Source: an uncultured Bacteroidaceae bacterium (lineage in GTDB: Bacteria; Bacillota; Clostridia; Christensenellales; CAG-917). Taken from it: a stretch of DNA of 46,523 nt. The stretch covers positions 1-46,523 of the forward strand of contig CAYIYN010000001.1 in assembly GCA_964367645.1 (NCBI GenBank). Reading direction: 5' to 3'. This document shows positions 7,835-19,800 of this stretch, piece by piece. A program made the translations under genes and the position numbers. The first letter of the stretch is position 1. Every line of letters starts with the position of its first letter. Under the pieces are notes generated by a model. That model was not told where the DNA came from and ran no database searches. It saw nothing but the letters and a program-made list of their open reading frames with translations.

Positions 7835-8959
7835 TTATTTAATTTTTGCTCCGCATTCGGGACAGAATTTTGCTTTTGTCTTTAGGCTTGCTCCGCATTT
7901 TGGACAAACTGCAGTCATTGCCGCGCCGCAATCCGGACAGAATTTTGCATTTGAGTCAACTGCTGCCCCGCATTTAACACAGGAGGTCTTGCCAACACCC
8001 AAATTTTTCTCGCCGCATTCGGGACAGAATTTTGCTCCTTCTGCCATTGCCGCGCCGCATTTTGAACATTTCTCCGTTTTTTTTGCGGGAGCAGTCGCAG
8101 CGTCTATGCCTGCGGCAAAACCTGCGCCTACTCTAGCACCCGCACCCAAACCCACTCCCATTGCGGCAAAAGCTCCGCCTGCGCCGGGATTTTTGGCTGC
8201 ATCGCGCATTGCCTGAACACTTTCGTACTGAGCGTATGCGCCCATCTTGTCGCCGATAACGCCAAGAGCGGTACGCTGGTCCATCGCCTTTTCCACAGAT
8301 TCGGGCAATTTTAGGTTCTTTATCAAAACCTCGTCAACGGCAAGGCCAATTTTTCCAAATTTTTCACAGGCTTTATCTCTTGTGGTATCGCCAAGTTCAC
8401 GATAATTTGCCGCAAGTTGCAAAGCGGGAATTTCGCATTCGCCCATGAGGTCCGTAAGTTCCATCAGAATAATGCTTTTTAGATAATCTTTTATCTGCTC
8501 CGTTGTGCAAGATTTGAGCGTGCCGAAATATTCTCTCATAAAAAGTTGAGGATTGCACACGTGGAAGGCGAACTCTCCGTGACCCATAACTCTTATCATG
8601 CCAAAGTCCTTATCAGGAAGCATGACGGGATTTGTGGTGCCCCATTTTAGTCCTGTAAACTGCTTTAGATTGACAAAATAAACGTCAATCTGTTTGGGGT
8701 TTTCCCAAACATATTTCCAGTTTGCAGCCTGAGTCAAAAGTGGTGTTGCTCCTTCGTCCAACTTCCAGTGACCTTCAGTAAAGACGTCTTCTATCGCACC
8801 GCGATAGACAAAAATAGCCGCCTGCGCAGGTCTAACAATAAGTTCTGACCCTTTCATTATGGCATATCTGTCCGAACTTTCAAACTTATGAACAAGCATG
8901 CCCGGTGTGTTGTCGACCCATTCGACAACTTTAAGCATATTCTTTTTTAGAAATCCCAT
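7835..8959 (-). CDS. SPFH/stomatin-prohibitin-like protein with C-terminal triple zinc ribbon (YdjI / COG4260-like)
   Basis: 374 aa. The N-terminal ~270 aa look like an SPFH-type domain, followed by a Gly/Ala-rich linker and three 'CxxCG..(8)..AKFCPxCG' ribbons. GGAGG lies 8 nt upstream of the ATG at 8959. Confidence 0.7.
   Translation of the reverse strand: MGFLKKNMLKVVEWVDNTPGMLVHKFESSDRYAIMKGSELIVRPAQAAIFVYRGAIEDVFTEGHWKLDEGATPLLTQAANWKYVWENPKQIDVYFVNLKQFTGLKWGTTNPVMLPDKDFGMIRVMGHGEFAFHVCNPQLFMREYFGTLKSCTTEQIKDYLKSIILMELTDLMGECEIPALQLAANYRELGDTTRDKACEKFGKIGLAVDEVLIKNLKLPESVEKAMDQRTALGVIGDKMGAYAQYESVQAMRDAAKNPGAGGAFAAMGVGLGAGARVGAGFAAGIDAATAPAKKTEKCSKCGAAMAEGAKFCPECGEKNLGVGKTSCVKCGAAVDSNAKFCPDCGAAMTAVCPKCGASLKTKAKFCPECGAKIK
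7838..8083 (-). repeat. three in-frame ~66-72 nt repeats encoding double-Cys zinc ribbons
   Basis: The repeated peptides are KCSKCGAAMAEGAKFCPECGEK, SCVKCGAAVDSNAKFCPDCGAAM and VCPKCGASLKTKAKFCPECGAKIK. The repeated DNA 'ccgcattcgggacagaattttgc' is visible on the plus strand. Confidence 0.8.
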
Positions 8960-8988
8960 AATTTAGCCTCCAAAAATAGCTGTATTTT

Positions 8989-9017
8989 ATTATATCATTC
9001 AGCCTTGCTTTTTTCAA
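8989..9017 (-). promoter_or_regulatory. putative sigma-A promoter of the SPFH/zinc-ribbon operon
   Basis: On the minus strand: TTGAAA (-35), a 17-nt spacer, then TGaTATAAT (extended -10). It ends about 30 nt upstream of the ATG at 8959. Confidence 0.5.
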
Positions 9018-9047
9018 GCCAATTCTAAATTATCAATATATCTTCAT

Positions 9048-10094
9048 TCACACCAAGAGCATCATCGCAGGAATCGTGATGATGCAAAACAATGTGGATA
9101 AAAGTATCGAGTTTGCAGCCGTTTTTTGGTCCGCTCCGTACAGTTCCGCAAGATTGAGATTCATTGACGCACAAGGCATGCCTGAAAGCAATACAAGTGC
9201 GGCGCGCAACGTGGGTGCGATGTCAAACGGCATAAGCACTAGATATACGGCAAGCGGAAAAACCACAATTTTGACCGCTGTCGAAATGTAGACCTTCCAA
9301 TCGGTAAACATTTCTTTAAGAGGAGCCAGTGCAAACCTCATGCCCAAAATCAGCATACACATAGGAGCCGTCATGTCTGCGAGGAAGTTGATTATCTTGT
9401 TTATGGAAGTCAGCCATACGTTGCCGGACAGCTTTGACGTTGTAACTCCTGCAAAAAACAACGGAAGTGCTATGAGTAGCGTTATCGTTTGTGGGTTTAA
9501 GAGTGCCTTTTTTATTTTTATATGTTTTTTATCGCCGGTAAGCACATACGCACCCACCGTCCAACACATCAAATTCATCGATACTATATATACGGCGGAA
9601 TACGCAATAGTTTCAGGATTATTTGGGAATAAAAACTGAAGCACCGGCACACCGAAGAAACCGACATTGCCAAAAGTGCAAACGCACACCATCATTCGGT
9701 ATGCCCTGCCCCTCATCGTGTGTTCAATTTGTGCCTTAAGCTCCGACTCTGCGCATTCTTTTCCTCCGTCTAAATAACCCTCTTCTAAAAATTTCAGAGA
9801 GGTTTCGGGATTGTCAAATTTTTTATAGAATATGAGCCATAGAATCAGTAACAGTATTCCCTGCGCCAAAAGCGAAAAAGCAAAGACGATGCCGAGGTTT
9901 GCTATCAACTCTTTGGAATATTCAACTTCCATAAATGAGCGCAGCGACAAGAAAGGCTGACACACATAGAGCAAAACCGCAGAAAAATATGTCATTGCGT
10001 TGGGCTTTACCAACTTTATTTTCATCAAAATAAAGCCGGGGATTGCCATTGCGACAAGCAAAAGCACGTTTACTGCAGTTGTTGTAAATTCCAT
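9048..10094 (-). CDS. AEC (auxin efflux carrier) family permease
   Basis: 348 aa with about 10 TM helices in a 5+5 arrangement around a hydrophilic central loop. The N-terminus 'AMAIPGFILMKIKLV...LLYVCQPFLSLRSF' is typical of Mem_trans proteins. Confidence 0.8.
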   Translation of the reverse strand: MEFTTTAVNVLLLVAMAIPGFILMKIKLVKPNAMTYFSAVLLYVCQPFLSLRSFMEVEYSKELIANLGIVFAFSLLAQGILLLILWLIFYKKFDNPETSLKFLEEGYLDGGKECAESELKAQIEHTMRGRAYRMMVCVCTFGNVGFFGVPVLQFLFPNNPETIAYSAVYIVSMNLMCWTVGAYVLTGDKKHIKIKKALLNPQTITLLIALPLFFAGVTTSKLSGNVWLTSINKIINFLADMTAPMCMLILGMRFALAPLKEMFTDWKVYISTAVKIVVFPLAVYLVLMPFDIAPTLRAALVLLSGMPCASMNLNLAELYGADQKTAANSILLSTLFCIITIPAMMLLV

Positions 10095-10200
10095 ATTAAT
10101 TTTTTTAGTTTTTGGTCGAGTACGATCAAAATGTTGTATATTTTCTTTTTGAATGGGATAAGTGCGCCTTTTTTAGCGGCTTATTCTTACCTCTGCCGTC

Positions 10201-10228
10201 AAGTGGAGATGCTTCCGCATCTCCACTT
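10201..10228 (-). terminator. 12-bp perfect stem-loop 35 nt downstream of the giant gene stop (putative terminator or 3' stabiliser)
   Basis: AAGTGGAGATGC-ttcc-GCATCTCCACTT. No clear U-tract follows on the minus strand, so intrinsic termination is uncertain. Confidence 0.5.
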
Positions 10229-10262
10229 GTTCAGATTATTCCTTTTTGAACGATTGAGGAAT

Positions 10263-13200
10263 TTAAATCAAGCCCGCAGTTCTTGCAACAATTATTGTGG
10301 TCTGAGTTCCCTCTTTCTGTCCGTTAGGTCTAAACGTGCTGATATAGTCTGTGATTGCTGACGTGGAGTCTACCACCGCACCGATGACGGGCGTTAGCAC
10401 GTAAATGACTTTTCTGTTGTTCTGCGAAGGCAGAGTGTAGGTGCTGCTTGACGAAGCGATTACGATTGCGTGAGAAACTATCGCCTTGCTTGGTTCGTTA
10501 GAAGTTTCGTTGATGTCAAACGCGTAAGCCATGCCGTACCAGGCAATCTGTGCACCGTTTGCAGTCTTTGTGGTGAGCGTCGTTCCGCCTGTTCCGCTTG
10601 TGAGTCCGGTTGTGGAATATCCGCTCATATCGACTGCGGTTATGCCAAACGGAATGTTGATCTTTTCACCGGTTCCTAGTTGGATACCTGCATTGTACTT
10701 GTTTGGTGCAGTTCCGTTTCTGCACTCGTTTACCGTAACTTTGAAGTTTGCAGGCATGCTGAGCGTCACATAACTGAATATTCTCGAATTTATGCCGCTG
10801 TTACGGTGCGATTCGTCCCAACCGGTGCCAACGTTGGTTGCCGCCCAACCGCCGACTTCAAGATTCTGCATATCCACACCCGCACTTATGATGTCCGGAT
10901 TGGAAATTGCGAACGTCACTTTGTAGGCTTGAGGCAGGTTGTAACTCTTGTTGGCGAGAGGCGAAATAACATACGGTGTGACAGCCGTGCCTCCGCTTAT
11001 GGCTGAGTTGTAGTTTGAGTTTGCCGAGCCATTGCGCGAGCCTGCAATCAGAGTTGTTCCATTCGATTCTTCATCGAGATAGAAGTCCGTTGTGATGCTG
11101 GTTGCAATCATCTTTTGAACAAGGAACGGCACTTTGAAGGTTTGCGTTGTCTTGTCCGCACCGACAAGGAATGCTTGCAGATAGACCACGCCGCCCTTGT
11201 ATTCGGGTCGGAAGGATGCAAAGTTCCATATCAGTTTGTAATTTTCGTCACCGCTTACACTATATGTGACTGCGCCGCCGTTTTCAGTGTCAACCGTCAA
11301 TGTGTCAGGCAATACCATATCGGATTGCAAATATTCATATGGGTTGATGTAGGTTTGCCCACTTGCGACAACGCCGTCATAATAACCGGTAAGTGCTTCA
11401 AGCGATTCGTTGCCGTTGGTGGAAACTCTTTGTGCCTTTCTTGAGTTGACAACAAATCTGCACTCCACTTTCTGTTCCGCAACGCTTTCGGTTGTTCCGC
11501 CGATAATCGCTCTTATGACATATTCACCGCCTTCCCATGAAACCGAGCCTGCCGATGCTGCAACGCCGAAGTCCCAAGTAATGGGCACGCTTACGGTGTC
11601 ACCGCCGACAAGTGTTACCGTGCCGCTGTTCGGGAAATACTTGTAGAAGTCGTTAACTTCTGAGAAGATATCCAAATCGACAAACGGATCGAAGGTAAAG
11701 GTGGGAACCCCGCCTACCATTTGCATTTTGCTGGAATTCGCTCCGTCAGCGAAGTTTTCCGACGTGAACGATATGCCGCTAATCGAACTATTGGTTATCT
11801 GTACAGGTACGCGAACCGACGTATAAGACGTGTTTGCTACGGTTGCACCGCCGACGACTATGTTGACGGGGCTGGTTATCTTTGCTGTTGCGTAAGCCGA
11901 GCCGCCGTTGACAGGATCGCTTCCTGTGTAGTTGTATGACAGTGACGTGAAGTCCCAATCAACGCTTAGCGACTGTGACACCGTGTAAACAAACACGTAG
12001 TACTTGGTGGCATCGTATCCTACAGGCAGTGTTTCAACATACTTGTACGTTCTCGATTTTGTGTTGTAGGTGTAGTAGTACGGAGTCTTTGACGTATCGC
12101 GAACTTGTTCGCCGCTGACTGAGTCAAGAGTTGTCACAACGTTGCCTGAAGCATCAACCGTTCCGTTTCCGAGTACCTTGTAGAGGTATCTGGAAGAATC
12201 GCCCGCCCATCTCACGTGCGACAAATCACTGAGTGAATGACCGCTGTGCCAAGCAGACAGAGTCACGAACTTGCCGTCTGCATAGAACGTTGTATCGCTC
12301 TCATAGTTGCCGTCAAAGTATGCGTCGTCAGAACCGCCTTCAGTGCTATAAACGTTGAACACCTTTCCGTTTGCCGCGCTGTAACGAATATCGTTGAATG
12401 ACATCGTTGGCGATGCAACGTCGGAATTGTAGCGGTTCAAATTGACTGCTTTGAAGATAAAGTCGATTTCCATCGGTTTTCCGTTGCCGGTTAAGAAGAG
12501 TTCTACACTCATATCGGCTGTGGGATATACGCGAATAGTTGCCTTTGTCGCGTAGTCTTTTGACGTGTCTATGGAGCGAAGGTACTCGGCAATATCTGCA
12601 ATCGAGATTGTGATGTAGTAATCTTTGATCTCTTCGCTGCCTGCAAACTTAATTCTCAGTTTGTTGGGCAGGTCGGGATCGCCGAAGCTGTAAACGTTGC
12701 TGACAGTTGCCGATATAGGCAGATGTGTTTTGTTGTCGTAGGCGATTTCCACAAGGTTACCCTTTGTGGAATCGGTGGACCCATAAGTATGGACATAAGT
12801 TGAGTAGCGTTCCGTCACGCTGCCAAGTGTAAAGTCGTCAAACGAGAACTGAGCAGACTTGACAACTCTGTTGAGAACGGTAAGCGGCACTGTGAACGGT
12901 TGTGTTGAGCCCTTAGAATAGCGTGCGACGGAATGTCCGACTTCGTATGCACCCTCTTCATAATCCTCTATTGCAACAAAGTCTATCGTTGTGCCATCTC
13001 CGTCTGTGACGAGATAATACGCGCCGTCTTCTGCTGCATAGATATAGGTGAAGTTAAGCACATTGTCGGGATTGACCATACCTGCCGCGATGATGACACT
13101 GTTTGCGGGCCACTGCACCAAGAAGGTCTTTACTGTTCCGTCTGCCAATTTTGCGTCAAGCGCTATGGGCAGGTTCATGCCGCCTTGCTCCGAACCGAAG

Positions 13201-16200
13201 GATGAATACATGAAAGGATCCACGACTATCGAACGATACAGAGGATTGACTATGCGGGATATTGCTTTGTTTAGAACGGTGAACTCATAATCGATTGCGA
13301 TTGCTTTTGACTGAGTTCCCGTATTGTAGAGCAAGTTAACTGTCAAAGTGATTGCTTCGCCGTAGTACTTGCCGGGATTGGTATAGAAGTCGGCGGGAAG
13401 CGTGTAAGTTGCCTTGACGCCGTCAACGCTTGTTTCAACACCCTCAAGAGCGACTGAAACGTTGCTTCCGCTGCCAAACGCTGTGGAACTTTCTCCCAAA
13501 GGATCGATTTCATTGCCGTTTTCCCAAACTATGCCGCTGACAGTAACTGCTGCAACGTCAAGAGCAACGGTAATATCAACCGTCCTCCCGTTTGTCGCCG
13601 TAACGGTGACCGTTACGTTGCCGTTGTAACCTGCCGCGTCGTAATCTACGTTCCAATCAAGACCGATAGTTTCATCGTTGCCGTCGATTGTCATAGTGCC
13701 GGTTTCGGGCAGACCTTCAAAGAACTTATCCGCAGTCAAACTGTAGATATATCCCGTCGCAGTTTGAATGCCGCCAAAGTTGAGGATATAGTCCTCAACA
13801 ATTTGGAAAGTGTATTCCAACTCGGCAAGATTGCCTCCTACGTAAGCGATGCGGGTGAATTGTCCTGCCGCGATTTCTTGTTCGCCGGGCAGAGTTGTAT
13901 CGTTCCATTCAACACTCACGTTGTACGCAACTGTTCCGCTGGTGAAATTGACGGTTGCCGTTGTGGGCCAAATCCATTCTACAAACGGAGAGTAGCTAAC
14001 TAAGGCGATACCACCCGTTCCGAATCCGTCGATTTCGACTGAATCGACATCCGGTGCCATTGATTTCATCTTAAGACCGCTTGCAGATCTGGTGACAAGA
14101 TAAATCTTGACGTCCAGTCCGCCTTCAGGGTAGCGAAGTAGAGCGGCATCGTAGAAATAGAGTTTGCGCACCACATAATCACCATTGGCGTCATTCTGAA
14201 TTTCAGCGTTTGTAGGAGCGGAATTATTTACCCAACCGAGCACCCCTTCCAAACTCTTTTCGGTGTCGTAATCGGTGAGTTTAACCGTTGCGTATGTGGG
14301 AAGTACCCAGCTGTCCAGACGGTTATATTCCATGGTAAACGCCGCTTGATTACCGGTGTAGGACACACTGGATGACAGCGTGTTGCCGTCAAAGGTTAGC
14401 GTGCCGCCCGTTAGGTTGCCCTCGCCGTCGCGGTGAGTCGTATCAAGAGTAATGTCTGTTACGGATACGTTGGGCAGGTTGAGCGGTATTCTTATTCTCT
14501 GGTTGGCTATCGTCATATAGACATAAGACAAGCCGCCTGCCGCGGAAACAGCCATAGTGTTTGTTTCGATTGCGTTGACGTAAGCAATTTCCTTGCTTCC
14601 GTCGCTGAGTTCGACAACAACGACTGTGCCGTTTCTCAAATCGCCCCATTCAGCCACGTTAAAGTAGTTGTCGCTATTTTCAGCATAGGAGTCGGACATA
14701 ATGTTGAATGCCTCACCTCCGCTCATAAACTGAGCATAGCCCGTTGCCGTGTAATTGGCGATGTTGGTAAGTTCATTGTCCGAGATGACGTAGTTACCTT
14801 CAACCATACGGTTAATTAAGCCGTTTCCGTAGAGATCCTCTGCCCCCGAGCCTGAATAGAAGTACACTTTTGTGATACTCTTTGCGGGAACAGAAAGTTT
14901 AAGCGTTATGCGTTGAGAAACATAACCAGTATCGGTCTTGACATTCCCCAAAGGATTTCCGTTTGTATCGAGTACGTCGGCTTCGACAGTCGCGTAAATC
15001 GTACCTGCTCTGTAGATATTTTCTAGAGGCTTGGTCAAAGCGGAGTTGGAATAGTATTTAATGGTTTCCCATTTGGGAGTCATATAATGCGCCGTGGTGC
15101 CTGCTTCTGCATAGTTTACAAGCAGAGTGTTGTAGTTCATTTCAACGCCTTCTTCTTCCCAAGTGTATTCATACCACTTAGGATTGAAGGTCGCCTCTTT
15201 CTGCACTCTGACAGACGTAGTGGTCGCAGTCATCTTTGTAACGTTAATCTTGACATAAACTTCTTGGATTCCGCTGGTATGAGTACCGATGAGCAGTTTG
15301 GCATACAGTGTGCCGTCGCCCTTGAATCCTTGATAAGTATAGTTGTCTGAAGACAAGCCTGTCGCACGAGAATAAGTCGTTCCGTCCGAATTGAGCACAT
15401 AAGGAGCTTCAATCGAGAGCGAACCGCTGCTCAGTGTCACCAACCCGTCAATGTTCTTGAAGTTGACTTTGGCGTTCAAAGCGAAGCTGGTGTCATTGAT
15501 TTCGTTGAAGGCGTAGGAGTCGAAGACCAAAGATTTATTCTCCAGCGAATCGAATACGCGCGGTGCAACATAAATGCGGACCGTAACGGGCTGAGCCACG
15601 TTGCCGTTGCCGCTTACATACTCGCTGTCGGTGCTTAGGTTGCCTGTCAAGCCTGCAATTGCTTTGCCGGTTTCATCGTAGATAATGACGGTGTTAAAAA
15701 TGTCACCGCCGACGTATGCAGTAACTTTGACGTCGATGCCTTTATAATAATCATAGCCATTGCCTTCAACAGCGATTGCAGCAAGTCTTGCATAGAGTTC
15801 TGTCAAATCCCACTTCACGCTTAGGTCGGTGAAACTCTTGCCTGAAGTGTATCTGCCGCTCATCTTGGTGAACGAACTGACATAATCCGCAAGGCTGTAA
15901 CCGTCGCTTAGTATGCTGTCGAGTTTGAACGCATCGAAACTTTCCATATTTGGCAGATAAGTGCCATCGGATTTTGTCAAACGCGTGATTTTGCTGTCAT
16001 TGACGTCGTATCCTGTGACACTGACTTCCACGGAGTCTTTTATTTCGTTACTACCGCCCCATTGATAGGTAAATCCGACGTTATACAAGCCGCCTGCCCA
16101 ACCGAATGAGAAATCATCGGTGCCTCTTAACAAGGTGCCTTCATAGTCCCACGAAATTGTGCCGGCAGGAGCATATCTGCCTGTGGGCAGTTTGCTGTAA

Positions 16201-16899
16201 TCAAGCACAGCATAGACCGCTTCGCCAATGGTTTCCGTTACGATTGAACCGTCCTCGTTGTACTGCAATGCCGCAGTATAAGCAGGCATAAGTTGGTAAA
16301 CGTTTTCGTCATCATTGAGCAACTCGTTGCCTTCCGCATCACTGCCAAGCGTAGGATTGCCCTGCAATCTCGCTTTGAGCATATCGCCTTCGTCGTTTGT
16401 TGCGTATGTTCCAAACGTGTATGTGCCGCCCGTCAGGAAACGTATCCTCACCAAGTCGGGCAGAGAAGGATTGTATTTGCTTGAAGCGGTGTTGATGTCA
16501 ATCATCAACGTTTTCTGCTCATAACTGACTTCTTGTCCCGCAGGAGCGGTGTTGACGTAGGCGTATATATTGCTCAGTGCATAATCGTTTGTGATATACA
16601 CAGGAATTGCATACAGCACCACGTTGAGCGCGTAGCCGTAGACGTTTCCTGCAAAGTAACGACCGCTGCTATCCAGTGTCGCCGCCGTATAGTTGACCGC
16701 GGAGGCGTCCCAAATGATGGCAGTGCCGCCCAAATAGTCCTGATCTCCGAGAGTGGTCGTGCCTACGCTGTCCAGTTGGTTGCGAGTCCAGGTTACTTTG
16801 GCTTTTTGCGGGAATATGTTTCCGTTTTCAAGCATGTATTCGTTCAAAGTGCCGCTATAGCCGTTGCTTGTTGTCGCCCAGCGTCTGCCGGGATCGGTG
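10263..16899 (-). other. C-terminal ~2,200-aa array of Ig-like (Big_4-style) beta-sandwich repeats of the giant lipoprotein
   Basis: At least a dozen occurrences of '[LF]P..(A/T)(T/K)V.....(D)G......V.W[DN]'. Examples are 'LPTYATVKLTDYDTEKSLEGVLGWVN', 'WPTTATVNFTSGTVAYNVSVEWND', 'LPETGTMTIDGNDETIGLDWNV', 'LPIALDAKLADGTVKTFLVQWP' and 'FPNSGTVTLVGGDTVSVPITWDF'. The start boundary is approximate. Confidence 0.5.
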
Positions 16900-19800
16900 A
16901 CGACGATTTCTTCGGGCGCTTCAACCTGACCGTTCATAAGTTCCGCTGTTTCCGCTTCCAAGAAGCCGAGCATAGGATCCTTTATTGAAGTATTGCTGTT
17001 GGCATACGGGGTGATTCTCAGCGAGAGCCAGTCAAACGAGCCGTCGTCTTTGGTTGTGTAATGCGGACTTGTCCCGCTCGACCAAGACAACTCATCGTCA
17101 TAGCCGTTGCCGTTTGCGTAATACTGGAAGCCTTCCGAGCGGTAAATTGCACTTGTGTTACCGACAACGTAAGTTTTTCCGAGGTTATTGATTGTGGTGC
17201 TATTTTTGCATTCATATCTCTGCGTTATCGCGCTGCGGTAGAAGTTCATCGCCGCGCCGGGACCTGCCTTTTCGCAGTTTATGTACAATTCTATTGCCTG
17301 AATGCCCTTGCTCATCGTATATCCGCTAAGGCCGTAATCCGCGGCGTTTGGCATAAGGTCGATATAGATATTTGCCGTAGGATTGCAAGCCGTTGCGGTT
17401 GCAAACGGTAGAGGCAGAATTGTCGCAACGAGTTTGGACAAGTTTTGAGTGGTGTTAGACGCTAGGAATGTTGCAAGTCCCGCGAGGTTGGTACCTGTAA
17501 GTGTTGTGATTAGGTCTTCTAGCAGCCAACTGTAAATGGTTGCCGGCAAGCTGCGCACGTAAGGCTCCATAAGGTTGACACGCACAGAAGTCGGTTGATT
17601 GTTGGTTAGCGACTGATCGATTTGTTCGAACAAATTGTAAAGTTCATTGGTTGCATGTTCACCGTTCAGCGCATAGTTGTTAAACTCATATGCACGACGA
17701 GATGTCAAGCCGTCACCATAAAGTTGACCAACCGCACCGGCATTATAAGCACTTGCGTTGGCTAGCTTTACCATATCGATGAAGTAGTTCGTTTCCTGCT
17801 GGTTTTGGTCGATTCCGCCGTCGGTAGTTCCTTCCATCTTGTTCTGGAACAGACCGAGAACCGTGCAGTACAAGAACACGAGCAATTCGTTAAACGCGTC
17901 TTTGTTGAATTCAACCTGCACCGAGATAAACCTCGTGTCATCGGCTCGTCCGGCTGGTATTGCACTCATTCCTGCATAGTAAGGAATATATCCGTTGGAG
18001 TTGAACAAATTCAAACTCAAGCCTTCGACAAGACCGACCAATTCAAGAGGATATTTGTATGCAGAATAATCCGCTGCCGTCCCTGCTTCTGCAGTTTTTT
18101 CCTTATCTGCAGTGGTCATTGCTTCGCTCGCAGTGTCCGCAGTGGGATATGCATAAGTCGCTGTGTCACCGTCGCCGGTCTTCAGCAGTCCGATGAACGG
18201 AGAGCCGTCGTCGTTTTGAAGCGCGATACCGCCTACGGTGTCATTGATGATGCCGTTTATGAAGTCGGAGCCGATGTCCAAATTCTTCAAATACAAGCTG
18301 TTGTTGCTGAATCCGATGCCGATCTGTAGATTGTTACCTTCGCCGGTTTGACGGTTTGGATGGACGGCATCTAGGAACAGATAAATTCTGTAACCGTTTG
18401 TTCCGCTACCCCATTTTTGGTTGGCTCGTACACCGGTAAGCGTTGCTTTTGTATAGACGTTTTCGGTTTCAACATAGGTTTCAGCACCGCCGCCGGAGTT
18501 ATAACCGACTGCTCCCGTCCACACCTTTCTGTCGATGTCAATTTTCAGTGCGGGGTTAATGCTGTCGATGATATTTTGAATAAGCGACGAGGTACCTGCC
18601 GACTTGGAATAGGTCACGCCGACATAGCCGTAAGAAACCGTGTCCACCAAATGTTCGATGTCCAGAGTCTTTTTGCCGATTGCTACGCTCAAGTCTTTGA
18701 TGTCAACCGCCAAAACAGTGCCTCTGCTGTCCAAGACAGCGTTGATACCAAGATTGTTTATTGCAGTCTTATCAGTGGTGTTACCCGGTACCAAATCGTA
18801 GTTTAGCACCAGCGCAACAGACTGAATGGGAGGCATAGTGATCCCTAGCGTTGACAAATCCAAGCCCAAAATTCCAAGCAAGACGTCAAGCATGCTGCGT
18901 TCCATCTTAATTGCAAGCCTGCCGGATTCGAGTTCGATTTCCAGGAATATTGCCATCGCTGCCGCTATTGCAGTTTCGTCCTCTGTGGAGGATGCGCTCG
19001 CATTCACGCCTCCTGCAGTCAAAGCGTCCGAAGTCGAACCCGCATTAACGTCCACTGTTGCCTGTTTGCCGCCTAATATGCCCGCAAAGCCCTGAAGTTT
19101 AATCTTGCCGAGTCCAAGGCCGCTGGCGTCGACATAAAGCGCGTCGGAGAACGTTGTTCCGTTCGGGCTAAGTTTATAGATGTTGTTGGTCTTTTCAAGT
19201 CTTGAGGAGCCAAGATAGTAGGCTGACAAGAACTTCTCGTTGGAAAGTGCACCGATGGTTATATCCAAAGCAAAGTCGCTGTAGATGATACCGCTGATGC
19301 CGTATGCCAAAATTGCAGGCAGGTTGATGTCTGCTTTCAAAGCAATATCAATGACGAATGTTTGCGAAGGCAATGTAATGCCAAAACTGGACTTATAGTT
19401 GCCGTTTGCGTCTTCAACATACTCATCTTCCACCAGCGAATAGCGCGTGCCGTAATACTTGCCGCTAAGCACTTTCTTGAATGTGCCGCTGCTGTTTGCG
19501 GTTCCGTTTGCGTCATATCTTTGTCCGGTGTAACGTGTGTCCTCATACTTGAAATAGGACTTTCCGGCAACGTACGAAGTATCGGTAGTAACGACGTAGT
19601 CGCTTCCGTTATATTCGCTGACGCCTGCTATGTTGCGATATGTTGTACTGTTTGGATCCTTTTCAGAATCAGACAATTCCGTCCATGTGCCGTAGCGCTC
19701 CGCAAATGTGAGCGCAACGTAGGCATTCTGACCGTTCTTTTCAAGTTCTGTAAGAGCGGTATAGCCGTTAATAAGGTCAACACCGCCAAGCAGTCCGCCA

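Noticed and set aside
7707-8216. A 169-aa plus-strand ORF with repeated 'APHSGQNFA' peptides.
   Set aside because: It is the antisense translation of the three zinc-ribbon-encoding repeats of the SPFH gene. The periodicity comes from the sense-strand CPxCG repeats.
13698-13712. An LPETG pentapeptide (sortase motif) inside the giant protein.
   Set aside because: It is internal, about 1,150 aa from the C-terminus, and is not followed by a hydrophobic segment and a positively charged tail. It is simply one instance of the 'LPxTGTvtv' start of an Ig-like repeat.
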